Source of the DNA: a virus
Lineage: Duplodnaviria > Caudoviricetes
IMG/VR virus record: IMGVR_UViG_3300044676_003853
Location: 1-31,496 of that record
Strand: one strand, 5' to 3'
DNA length: 31,496 nucleotides
Every line of letters starts with the position of its first letter. The first letter of the stretch is position 1. The notes beneath the pieces are model-generated. The model was not told the origin of the DNA and searched no databases. It was given only the letters and a program-made list of their open reading frames with translations. This document shows, in pieces, positions 17,932-25,293 of this stretch. The position numbers and the translations under genes were made by a program.

Positions 17932-18208
17932 TTTTTAGCCTCTTACTGATGTTACTGGATTTAGATCTGGCGTCTGCTTTAGACGATGCACCCCAGGCGC
18001 GGAGCGATAACAGAAGCCTGGTGGGGCGTCCTTTATCGTCACGCTCCGGCCCAGGATTACCCGCCATCCGAGCGAGGAAGGATGCTCGGCGCGGGTTATC
18101 GCCGCTCTTGACGGGGCGCTTTAGGTTCGCCCCCTCTTTGCGTTTGAAATAATCACGGCCAGCCTGGTTAAGACCGCCGCTTGGATTTTGATGTTTTTTT
18201 AGCGTCAT
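17918..18208 (-). CDS. Small basic phage protein (DUF6321-like)
   Basis: Start re-called at ATG 18208 (MTLKKHQNP). NPSGGLN..GR......G.NLK.PV...NPRRASFLARM...RL.LSLRAW pattern. Confidence 0.6.
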   Translation of the reverse strand: MTLKKHQNPSGGLNQAGRDYFKRKEGANLKRPVKSGDNPRRASFLARMAGNPGPERDDKGRPTRLLLSLRAWGASSKADARSKSSNISKRLKNAKA

Positions 18209-18362
18209 TAGTTTTTGCCGGCGCTTTGCCGCCTTCCCAAGCCTCATTCACATCAGGAGTCGAAAGATCATCACCTTTCAGCGTCCCGTCCTGGTTCCTG
18301 GCACGAACAGGGTTTACTATAAGTTTATGGTGAACCCTGGGATCTTCTTTGATTTTTGTCAT
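18168..18362 (-). CDS. Conserved small phage protein (64 aa)
   Basis: RARNQDGTLKGDDLSTPDVNEAW motif recurrent in marine phages; TAATG coupling with the upstream gene. Confidence 0.6.
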   Translation of the reverse strand: MTKIKEDPRVHHKLIVNPVRARNQDGTLKGDDLSTPDVNEAWEGGKAPAKTNDAKKTSKSKRRS

Positions 18363-18643
18363 TACTGTGGCCCCAATGTTGTTTTCTTTTGGTCCCCGCC
18401 CTGGTTGCTTTGGCTCATTAAAAGACGCATACCGCCAGTGCGCCTTGCGCGTCTGCGGCCACCTCTTTGTCGAGCTTCCTCAGTGGCTGCAGTTAACCCC
18501 ATCCCAGCTGCTGGCTTATCTGCTGCCGGCTTCTTGGCTGCTGGGGCTGCGGCTGCTGGAGCTGCGGCTGCTGGGGCACTAGGGATAATTTCCTTAATGA
18601 CTTTTGCGAACATTTTTCTAATCGGCTTAAATATAGCACCCAT
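18362..18643 (-). CDS. Small virion protein, paralogue 2 (T7 gp7.3/6.7-like position)
   Basis: AGGAG RBS; Ala/Pro linker; RRARRTGGMRLLMS; upstream of portal. Confidence 0.55.
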   Translation of the reverse strand: MGAIFKPIRKMFAKVIKEIIPSAPAAAAPAAAAPAAKKPAADKPAAGMGLTAATEEARQRGGRRRARRTGGMRLLMSQSNQGGDQKKTTLGPQ

Positions 18644-18652
18644 TAGTATCTC

Positions 18653-18931
18653 CTATTTAGGCGTGTTGCCGCCAAGTTTGCGTTTTTCTTCGATGTCATC
18701 TGTGCGCTGGGGGGACATTAACAGCCTTAGACCGCCTGTCCTTCGCGCACGTTTTCGTGCGGTCAATCGTTTCAACGCCTCTTTCTCGGCAGCCTCTGCC
18801 CGTTGTTCCTGGCGACTTAACGCCTCTGACATTTTTGGAGTTTCAACTGGAGGCGGTTTATCCGGCACCAGACCTAGGGCCTTGCCAACACCTTTAACAA
18901 GCTTGCCAATTGGCTTAAAAATACTGCTCAT
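18653..18931 (-). CDS. Small virion protein, paralogue 1
   Basis: MSSIFKPIGK...KRARRTGGLRLLMS; ATGA-coupled to the GNAT gene. Confidence 0.55.
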   Translation of the reverse strand: MSSIFKPIGKLVKGVGKALGLVPDKPPPVETPKMSEALSRQEQRAEAAEKEALKRLTARKRARRTGGLRLLMSPQRTDDIEEKRKLGGNTPK

Positions 18932-19410
18932 TTTCCAAACCTAACCATCATGTAATAATCTTCACCCTCTGGACCGAACCGCTCCATCAGGCTTTCCTCA
19001 TTAAAGTACAGTGTTTTTGCAAATTTGTATGCGGGTTTGTTTGCTACTGAAACGGCGATCTGAAGGCGCTTTAGGTCATATTCGTACATCATCTCGTCTA
19101 AAAACCCTCGACACTCTTTCACAACAGCTATCGGATTCTGGCGAATGTTCTTGCCCGGGAGCAGCCAAACCTCACCCACCCCTTTCCAGTATGGGCGTAG
19201 GCCAAAAATACATATTGGCTTCCCCTTGGCCATGATCGTGTATGTAAATTCCTCTATGAGTCCGTCATCAACGTATGAGATATAATCATCAAAGTTACCT
19301 TCGTAGTGATATCTTTCATAATCTCCCAGCTCCATAGAGATTAAATGCGATTTACGATAGGGGACCAGCTGGTGCCCCATGTTGATACTTGGGTGTGGGA
19401 TAAAGCTCAT
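18928..19410 (-). CDS. GNAT-fold acetyltransferase-like protein
   Basis: GKPICIFG...W.GVGEVWLL...LKRLQIAV...N..A.KFAK.L.F..E..M..FGPEGEDYYMM pattern; located between terL and portal. Confidence 0.65.
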   Translation of the reverse strand: MSFIPHPSINMGHQLVPYRKSHLISMELGDYERYHYEGNFDDYISYVDDGLIEEFTYTIMAKGKPICIFGLRPYWKGVGEVWLLPGKNIRQNPIAVVKECRGFLDEMMYEYDLKRLQIAVSVANKPAYKFAKTLYFNEESLMERFGPEGEDYYMMVRFGK

Positions 19411-20924
19411 AATACATCAAAGTCCATGTTTGCTTGATAAACGCCAGAGCCTGGCGGGGAATAGTGGCCTCTCCGCAACCGGCGTTGTTCACCGCCGCCG
19501 AGCATCAGATAGCCAAAAGCATCCCCGCAATGCGAATGTTCATTCTTTACGGGCGTATCTCGGAACCTTTCCTGGCCGGCACCCAGGCTTTGGCGTTTGA
19601 AAAAATAACCACCGGACAGACTTTTCCGCAGTCTTAGGCACTTTTTATCCACAATCAGCCCTGGTTTGCTGCTTATCAGACGGGACATAGGCGCTGCCCC
19701 AGCTTCGCGCCGGACCTGGAAAGCGTTGGTTTCAGTAGGCTGCGCCTTGAAACCCAGGCTTCTGAGGTGGTCAAACGCCGTAACCTCATAGATTTCGTCA
19801 CGCTTGTTGCCGGCAGGATCCCCCCATATCAAAATTTCCTGCTTGTTGTAGCGTTCCGCTATCCTGGCCAGCAACTCTTGGCCAAACCGTTCCAGGCCCA
19901 TATCAAACGTAACCAGCTCATCGAGGATGCGCCAGCCACCAGCCTGGGTGCGTTGCCCAAAGATTGCTGCCGGCGTCAAACCAAAGTCAACGCCGATTTG
20001 CACGGGATAGTATGGGTCCAGCTCAACATCGCCACTCATCAGCTCATCGTCATACTCTGGCCATACGGGCCGGCCTTCTTGGACAAACGTAAACTTGCCC
20101 TCGGCATAGCAGCGAATCCAGTCCAGGTTTTTACCCCCAATCAGCTGTGGATAATACCCTGGCGGTAGATTGTTTCGGTTTTCTGCAGCCGGATTTATTC
20201 GCCACCAACGCCCCGCGCCATGCACAAAATCATTTGCTTCTGGGTTTTCCGGCACTTCTTCCGGCAATGCCTGGATAACGCCGCCAGGTTGCCGGTGAAA
20301 ATTCCAGCCCCATTTTCCCTTGATGGGGTTTTTCTCAGAAACATCATGCCACCAATGGTCCGAGTCTGGCGGGTTAGTATCCATCCAGATCCCGTACCAG
20401 GACGGCCCACCATCCGCTTTAGTGGGATAACGCCCGACACGGTGCGTCAGTCCATCAATAACAGCTTTTGGCAGTTCCCTGGCTTCATTGCACCAGGCAC
20501 CGGTTATTTCCAGAGACAGCAACTTTCTAACCGATTGCGGTGTATCCAGGGCCAGGAATATAACCTCGCAGTCAATTCCGGCAGCATCGCCACGGCTGGG
20601 CAGTTTTAAATGGTGCGTGATTGGCGGCTGCCATCTCATGCCTCCCCATGTAGACTCAGGGAATAGTTCCTGCCAAGTCTTAATAGTGGTGGTTCTGAGT
20701 TCGGGGTATGTATTTCTAACGACCACAAAACGAGTATATCGGATACCATCTCTGGGGGATGGCCGTTGCTTAACAGCTCTAAGCATAATTTCTGCAGCAC
20801 ATCCATAGCTTTTTCCACTTCCAACGGGTCCCATGAGGCCTCTGACGAAACTATCATCATTTATCAGCTTCCATACTGTGGGGCTTTGTGAAAAATCTAA
20901 ATCCAGGCTAGGTACATCAGTCAC
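19407..20924 (-). CDS. terL: Terminase large subunit
   Basis: Walker A GPVGSGKS, VVRNTYPEL, Walker B WCNEARE, DTNPP coupling motif, nuclease GVDFGLTP and SHCGDAFGY. Confidence 0.95.
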   Translation of the reverse strand: MTDVPSLDLDFSQSPTVWKLINDDSFVRGLMGPVGSGKSYGCAAEIMLRAVKQRPSPRDGIRYTRFVVVRNTYPELRTTTIKTWQELFPESTWGGMRWQPPITHHLKLPSRGDAAGIDCEVIFLALDTPQSVRKLLSLEITGAWCNEARELPKAVIDGLTHRVGRYPTKADGGPSWYGIWMDTNPPDSDHWWHDVSEKNPIKGKWGWNFHRQPGGVIQALPEEVPENPEANDFVHGAGRWWRINPAAENRNNLPPGYYPQLIGGKNLDWIRCYAEGKFTFVQEGRPVWPEYDDELMSGDVELDPYYPVQIGVDFGLTPAAIFGQRTQAGGWRILDELVTFDMGLERFGQELLARIAERYNKQEILIWGDPAGNKRDEIYEVTAFDHLRSLGFKAQPTETNAFQVRREAGAAPMSRLISSKPGLIVDKKCLRLRKSLSGGYFFKRQSLGAGQERFRDTPVKNEHSHCGDAFGYLMLGGGEQRRLRRGHYSPPGSGVYQANMDFDVL

Positions 20925-21102
20925 GACTCATCCCCTCTAAGCGTTGCACCAAATACTCATCAGGACGCCGTTTGCCCTGGACCATCTCACGAACACGATC
21001 TTTTGACCGGCCAAACTGCCTGGCAATCTCAGCCTCGCTCATCCGCGCTTTCAGCATCGCCTGGGCCATCCGTAGGCCCTCTTTCTGGTACGGCGCTTTC
21101 AT
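20917..21102 (-). CDS. Small helix-turn-helix protein
   Basis: MSEAEIARQFGRSKDRVREMV HTH pattern; GGAAG RBS; overlaps terS end and terL start. Confidence 0.55.
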   Translation of the reverse strand: MKAPYQKEGLRMAQAMLKARMSEAEIARQFGRSKDRVREMVQGKRRPDEYLVQRLEGMSRD

Positions 21103-21484
21103 TATCTTCCTCCATCTCGATTGTCGGACCCTTCATGTTGATGCCAACAATGCTGGGTTTATCGTGGTGTTCTTCCTGGTCCAGCATACCGGACGCCTTG
21201 GCCAGCACTCGCAACACACTAACTTTATCGTGCATCTCAATCGTTACGTCCTCGCCGCGAACACTGATCTTCTTGATCGCCCGTAAAGCATGTTCGGGGA
21301 TATCATCGTAATCTTTGATCGTCCCGTCCAAATTAACAATGTCAGTAATGTTCGCCGTGCCCAGGGCAATTAACTCCTGGGCAACAGCTTCTTTGTTTTG
21401 GTGCAATGTCTCAGCACGGCCAACACGCCGCTGGACCATCTTGACGCCGCCAAACCGGCCCAATGGAGGACGCTTATCTGTCAT
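21029..21484 (-). CDS. terS: Terminase small subunit
   Basis: VAQELIALGTANITDIV...AIKKI...IEMHDK..VL..LAK..GML oligomerisation-type pattern; upstream of terL. Confidence 0.7.
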   Translation of the reverse strand: MTDKRPPLGRFGGVKMVQRRVGRAETLHQNKEAVAQELIALGTANITDIVNLDGTIKDYDDIPEHALRAIKKISVRGEDVTIEMHDKVSVLRVLAKASGMLDQEEHHDKPSIVGINMKGPTIEMEEDNESAVPERGPTDGPGDAESADERG

Positions 21485-21693
21485 CAGCTATACTTGCTGG
21501 GCTTGGCGTGTCTTTTCTTCAGACCGCCTTTAGCCCTTATCCGAGCCAAGACCGTCCGGTCATTTATCGCACGTTCACGATAAAACCGGCTATATGGGTT
21601 CTTCAAAGGCGCCGCAGCCGGTACCTCAACCAAACGCAACGCATCCCGCAGCTGCTCAAATGTCGGAACCTTAGAACTTAATGTCATTGTCAT
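21484..21693 (-). CDS. Hypothetical basic protein
   Basis: Likely start ATG 21693 or 21687; TGATG-coupled to terS; fills the operon gap. Confidence 0.5.
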   Translation of the reverse strand: MTMTLSSKVPTFEQLRDALRLVEVPAAAPLKNPYSRFYRERAINDRTVLARIRAKGGLKKRHAKPSKYS

Positions 21694-21940
21694 CAAACCC
21701 CGATAAGTTATCCTCAGACGCATAATCCGCTTTCGGCGGGGTAACAGCACCAGGCTGCTGCCCATCATCCTCAAACAAGTTTAACCATATATCACCATCA
21801 GCGTTTGGTATAGGCAAACTCTCCAACTTAATACGCATCTTGCCGTCCTCAGACTGAAACGCACGACCATGCTTTAACCACACCGGCTTATCACGGCCCT
21901 GGATCTCTTTGGCTTGAACCAAGTTAAACTGCTTTTTCAT
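21671..21940 (-). CDS. Putative small ssDNA-binding protein
   Basis: Start re-called at ATG 21940 with AAGGAG RBS. W.K.G.AF....GK..IKLESLP beta-rich core; acidic tail FDDNDIKF resembling the SSB DDDIPF tail. Confidence 0.55.
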   Translation of the reverse strand: MKKQFNLVQAKEIQGRDKPVWLKHGRAFQSEDGKMRIKLESLPIPNADGDIWLNLFEDDGQQPGAVTPPKADYASEDNLSGFDDNDIKF

Positions 21941-22071
21941 AGGTAACTCCTTTTTCACGAAAAATTGGAAAATATTGTTGTGGTACCCCCATATATACAG
22001 CGGTGGGGGTGGGGGGCAAGGGGTGCCCGTGCGAGGCAAAGTTAACCGAAATCAAGTTAACACTGCCCGTT

Positions 22072-22099
22072 TTGTCGCATAACGCTAATTATGCGCAAC
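22072..22099. other. dif-like XerC/D recombination site
   Basis: TTGTCGCATAA-CGCTAA-TTATGCGCAAC, 11-6-11 layout with CATAA/TTATG inner repeats. The reverse complement of the right arm (GTTGCGCATAA) matches the E. coli XerC arm GGTGCGCATAA at 10/11. Intergenic. Confidence 0.6.
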
Positions 22100-22132
22100 G
22101 GGTATCCTTTATTTACAGTCACTTGCGAACCC

Positions 22133-22141
22133 TGTGGATAA
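22133..22141 (-). promoter_or_regulatory. Perfect DnaA box (TTATCCACA)
   Basis: TGTGGATAA on the plus strand, intergenic, about 430 bp from the iterons. Confidence 0.4.
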
Positions 22142-22228
22142 AAGTTAACTGCAATCGGGTTGATGTGCCTGTTTATTGCACAGCTTGTCCTGGTCATTAC
22201 GATGCCTCCGCTCATTGTGTAAATCGCC

Positions 22229-23059
22229 CTAGATTCGCCGTAGACTGGCGCTGGTTCTTTTTAGTACCTGGTTAACCTGGTCGCTGTCTGAGCTGCCCAG
22301 AGCACGGCTGACGGGCTTGCTAAAGTATCCCAGGCCCCTGGCTAGATCCCTAGCGTTCTTCTGGCAATATGTGCAGTGATCCCGCACAACCTGGCCCCAT
22401 TGCTGGATGGTCAGACCTTGCCTGACCCATGACTCAGCCAGTTGCTCGTCACGTTCATTCCAGATCCTGGGTGTGCCGTATGCCTCTGCAGCATCTATAA
22501 ACAACTTCACTATTCTTTTTGCATCTCCCTTTATATCGTTACTATTACTCGTTAGTGTCTCGTTTAGTGCAACCTCTGGTGTTGCATGTGTGTCAACCTC
22601 AGATGTTGCACCTGTGTGCAACCTCTGGTGTTGCACCTGTCCCTTTGCAGCTGCAACCTCTAGTGTTGCACCAGCCAGTCCTGCTTCACGCTCGGCCAGG
22701 TCCATTTGTTCCCTGGCTGACAGGTTGCTGCGGCTTGTCTTGTCACTGGTGATGTCGGGTTCGTACTTAACTTTCACTGTGTTGGTCCTTTGGTCTTTAT
22801 ACTGTTTCCTGGCGTAAACCAGATAGCCGGTGTCAAACAGCTTCTTTATCTGTCGCTGTACTGCTTGCCTGGATATGCCGAGATCTGACGCAAGCCTGGC
22901 CTGGCTGACGAATGTTCGGCCCAGCTCGTCCGTGTAACCACAGATGGCTGCCAAGACTGTCAGGGCTGCCGAGCGGTTTATCCGCTGGTCCCTTACGGCT
23001 CTGATTGGCAGGATGCTGTACTTTCTTAGATCTTTGCTTCTGATTGTTGCCGGCTTCAT
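22229..23059 (-). CDS. Replication initiator (lambda O-like, N-terminal HTH)
   Basis: ALTVLAAICGY.D..G.TFVSQARLASDLGISRQAVQRQIKKL...GYL winged-HTH; iterons inside the coding linker. Confidence 0.8.
   Translation of the reverse strand: MKPATIRSKDLRKYSILPIRAVRDQRINRSAALTVLAAICGYTDELGRTFVSQARLASDLGISRQAVQRQIKKLFDTGYLVYARKQYKDQRTNTVKVKYEPDITSDKTSRSNLSAREQMDLAEREAGLAGATLEVAAAKGQVQHQRLHTGATSEVDTHATPEVALNETLTSNSNDIKGDAKRIVKLFIDAAEAYGTPRIWNERDEQLAESWVRQGLTIQQWGQVVRDHCTYCQKNARDLARGLGYFSKPVSRALGSSDSDQVNQVLKRTSASLRRI
22568..22670. repeat. Four 19-bp palindromic iterons (replication origin)
   Basis: TGCAACCTCTGGTGTTGCA at 22568 and 22617, GTCAACCTCAGATGTTGCA at 22592, TGCAACCTCTAGTGTTGCA at 22652; adjacent AT-rich tract at about 22495-22560. 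Confidence 0.85.
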
Positions 23060-23219
23060 CTTGCAGCTGCCTGGCGATTGCTTGAATAAGCTCTGGTTCT
23101 GTCCATTGCTGTCGTCCTTCCTCTTTTGGCGCCAGGAGTTTTGCTATTGCAAACACCCCCATTCCATCGAGGATGCAATCAATATAAACACGCCTGGCGT
23201 GATCGAGCCATTCAGTCAT
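22833..23219 (-). CDS. Hypothetical protein, 3' half overlapping the initiator gene
   Basis: Start coupled to the rusA stop; fills the 23060-23219 gap. Confidence 0.5.
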   Translation of the reverse strand: MTEWLDHARRVYIDCILDGMGVFAIAKLLAPKEEGRQQWTEPELIQAIARQLQDEAGNNQKQRSKKVQHPANQSRKGPADKPLGSPDSLGSHLWLHGRAGPNIRQPGQACVRSRHIQASSTATDKEAV

Positions 23220-23673
23220 CGGACCAGCTCACCGTTGCCACCATCAACGGCTGCCCGTATATCTTCTTGACTGTCAGCTCATAAACCTGGGCATCATCCT
23301 TATAAACGATGCCATTGAACGCATCTAATACTGCCTTGGCCACGTTGTCAATATCTGGCCGTCCTGGCGTGTAAATGCCAAGCAGCGCGGCATCACGCTT
23401 CCACTTTGGCCAGGACTTGGGTATCTCAAACTGTGCCAGGATGTGCATCTTGACCGGCTGCTCAGTTAAATCCATGCCCTGGAACTGCATCTCCAGCCTG
23501 GCTGCCTCGCCGATCTTATGCTCATAATTCTTGGTCTTGAGCGGTGTATATGCCCGATTGTTGGCGAACCTGGGCCGGCCTTTGCCAACCGGCTGCCCTG
23601 GCACGACAACGTGCAGCGCATCCTGCAGCGGCTGACTGGTGTAACGATCTTCCATCAATTTCTTTTGAGCCAT
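23212..23673 (-). CDS. rusA: RusA-family Holliday junction resolvase
   Basis: PGQPVGKGRPRF, PDIDNVAKAVLDAFNGIVYKDDAQV catalytic motifs. Confidence 0.9.
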   Translation of the reverse strand: MAQKKLMEDRYTSQPLQDALHVVVPGQPVGKGRPRFANNRAYTPLKTKNYEHKIGEAARLEMQFQGMDLTEQPVKMHILAQFEIPKSWPKWKRDAALLGIYTPGRPDIDNVAKAVLDAFNGIVYKDDAQVYELTVKKIYGQPLMVATVSWSDD

Positions 23674-23909
23674 TGGCTGATGTGCTCCCGTCCGTGATTG
23701 TCTAAATCCGATTCAGCCTGGACCACATCTGATGTGATTCCATCAATGGTCTGTTCGACCTTGAGTCCAAGCTCGATCAACTCGGTTGCGACACGGGCCG
23801 AGCTGGTCATATTTTTTTCTGCCATGTCGTCTATTTTCTGCCTCAAACTTGCCGGCAGCCGAAAATAAAAGCTCACCAGGCCGTCTGATTTCTGGCGGGT
23901 TTTAGCCAT
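23655..23909 (-). CDS. Arc/MetJ-like ribbon-helix-helix regulator
   Basis: VSFYFRLPASLRQKIDDMAEKNMTSSARVATELIELGL; GAGGGG RBS; first gene of the leftward operon. Confidence 0.75.
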   Translation of the reverse strand: MAKTRQKSDGLVSFYFRLPASLRQKIDDMAEKNMTSSARVATELIELGLKVEQTIDGITSDVVQAESDLDNHGREHISQWLKRN

Positions 23910-23966
23910 TTATTGCCCCTCATCAAAAAAAAGTGCATAAAAATGCAAAAAAAAGCGATTGCGCTA

Positions 23967-23995
23967 TTGACAGTACGATATCGGATTGCTATTTA
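23967..23995 (+). promoter_or_regulatory. Rightward sigma70 promoter (early operon)
   Basis: TTGACA-17 bp-TATTTA, with TG extended -10 and an A-rich UP-like tract upstream. Confidence 0.75.
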
Positions 23996-23998
23996 CAA
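23970..23998 (-). promoter_or_regulatory. Leftward sigma70 promoter (regulator/replication operon)
   Basis: Minus strand TTGTAA-17 bp-TACTGT. Confidence 0.6.
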
Positions 23999-24033
23999 GG
24001 TGACTGGTTAGTTACTAACAGGAGATTGAACGG

Positions 24034-24231
24034 ATGAAATACTTACTTCCCATCGCCAAGGCGCTGAACATGACGATCGTCAAAGCCACTGACTGCGGTT
24101 ACGCCGGATACAAGGTCATCAACAACGAAACAGGGATGACCACTGGGATTCACTGCGACACGCTAGAAACAGTTGCCCATGAATTAGCCAAGTTAGCTGC
24201 CTATCGGATTGCAAACAAGGAGACTGCATAA
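24034..24231 (+). CDS. Hypothetical early protein (65 aa)
   Basis: First ORF after the promoter; AGGAG RBS. Confidence 0.7.
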   Translation: MKYLLPIAKALNMTIVKATDCGYAGYKVINNETGMTTGIHCDTLETVAHELAKLAAYRIANKETA

Positions 24232-24515
24232 TGACCATGACTCACAAACACGAAAAGTTCGTTGATTACTTTTACTGCAGCAAGAACTGGGATGACCTTG
24301 ACTGGTTCAAGTTTCATGTCGAGATAGACGGCCATAACGGCCTGGTCACTGCCGAGCATCATCGGGACAACGACAAGTTCTTTGTGACTTGGCGGGAATG
24401 GTTCGGGGGTGACAACTTCGGCGAAAACAAGCGGGTCTGGATCAGCGGTCACGACACGGTGCAGCTCATCAAAGAGACTGGCGATATTTACGGAATGGCA
24501 GAGGAGCTTCAATAA
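24231..24515 (+). CDS. Hypothetical early protein (94 aa)
   Basis: AAGGAG RBS; TAATG coupling. Confidence 0.7.
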   Translation: MTMTHKHEKFVDYFYCSKNWDDLDWFKFHVEIDGHNGLVTAEHHRDNDKFFVTWREWFGGDNFGENKRVWISGHDTVQLIKETGDIYGMAEELQ

Positions 24516-24715
24516 TGCTTAAAACACACGAGCAAATGATGAGCGAAATAATCGCGGATAACTTTCAGAGAGCTGCGGTGCAGCTCAATGCTGCTTACAA
24601 AAAGATCAAGAAGTTTGATCCTGACAACAAAGAAAACGCTGTCGCTGTTCTCTGGCTGCAAGCCAAGGTTTATGAGATGGCTAATGAGTACCAAAACAAA
24701 GCGGAGGTTAAATAA
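24515..24715 (+). CDS. Hypothetical early protein (66 aa)
   Basis: GAGGAG RBS; TAATG coupling. Confidence 0.7.
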   Translation: MLKTHEQMMSEIIADNFQRAAVQLNAAYKKIKKFDPDNKENAVAVLWLQAKVYEMANEYQNKAEVK

Positions 24716-25293
24716 TGGCTAAATTCAAACCAACACGGGAGTTTTATATTCCCAAGGGCGGCGTCAGAGTCGCTGACAAAAACAGCACCGCTGTGTGCTA
24801 CATGATCGGCAAGGACAATTACCATGTCGTGATGGGGTTTGCCGGCAAGCGGCAGAAGCCTGACTTCCACTACCGGTTCACGACTCTGGAAAACGCCCAG
24901 GCTTACGTTGCCAAGTTCTTCAAGGACGTCCAGGCAGCCGAGGATCACAAGGCCCAGGCCAAGCAGCGGGAAACTGAACGGCTTGCCAAGATGCGGGACA
25001 AGATCAAGGCCGGTGACATCTATTACACCAGCTGGGGTTATGACCAGACCAACATTGACTTTTACCTGGTAGTGGACCGGACAGCTGCCACAGTTGAGGT
25101 GGTTAAGATCGGCAAAGATTGTGTCGAGGAAGTGACCGGTGTTGATTATGTGGTGCCAAACCCAATGGTCAAGTGGGGTGACACAATCAAGCGGAAGATC
25201 AACACGACTGGTTTTAAGATTGCCAGCTACGCCTACGCTTACCCCTGGGATGGCCAGCCAAAACATGAAACAGCAGCAGGATGGGGACACTAG
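24715..25293 (+). CDS. Conserved phage early protein (SWGYDQTNIDFY family)
   Basis: GGAGG RBS; GDIYYTSWGYDQTNIDFYLVV motif recurrent in phages and mobile elements; function unknown. Confidence 0.7.
   Translation: MAKFKPTREFYIPKGGVRVADKNSTAVCYMIGKDNYHVVMGFAGKRQKPDFHYRFTTLENAQAYVAKFFKDVQAAEDHKAQAKQRETERLAKMRDKIKAGDIYYTSWGYDQTNIDFYLVVDRTAATVEVVKIGKDCVEEVTGVDYVVPNPMVKWGDTIKRKINTTGFKIASYAYAYPWDGQPKHETAAGWGH

Noticed and set aside
18327-18944. 205-aa plus-strand ORF and the GCT-rich repeats at about 18520-18575
   Set aside because: Antisense to two real genes; the repeats simply encode an Ala/Pro linker.
22011-22023. KOPS motif next to the dif-like site
   Set aside because: GGGCAAGGG does not match GGGNAGGG.
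21941-22039. N-terminal extension of the 122-aa ORF (poly-Pro)
   Set aside because: Produced by the G-tract; the RBS supports a start at 21940.
22041-22062. CtrA box
   Set aside because: The TTAA half-sites are not at the 7-bp spacing of the TTAA-N7-TTAA consensus.
22568-22670. Repeats as a mini CRISPR array
   Set aside because: Spacers are only 5-16 bp, the repeats lie inside a coding gene and no cas genes are present; iterons explain them.
24670-25290. 206-aa minus-strand ORF in the early region
   Set aside because: Antisense shadow of the RBS-supported plus-strand gene.
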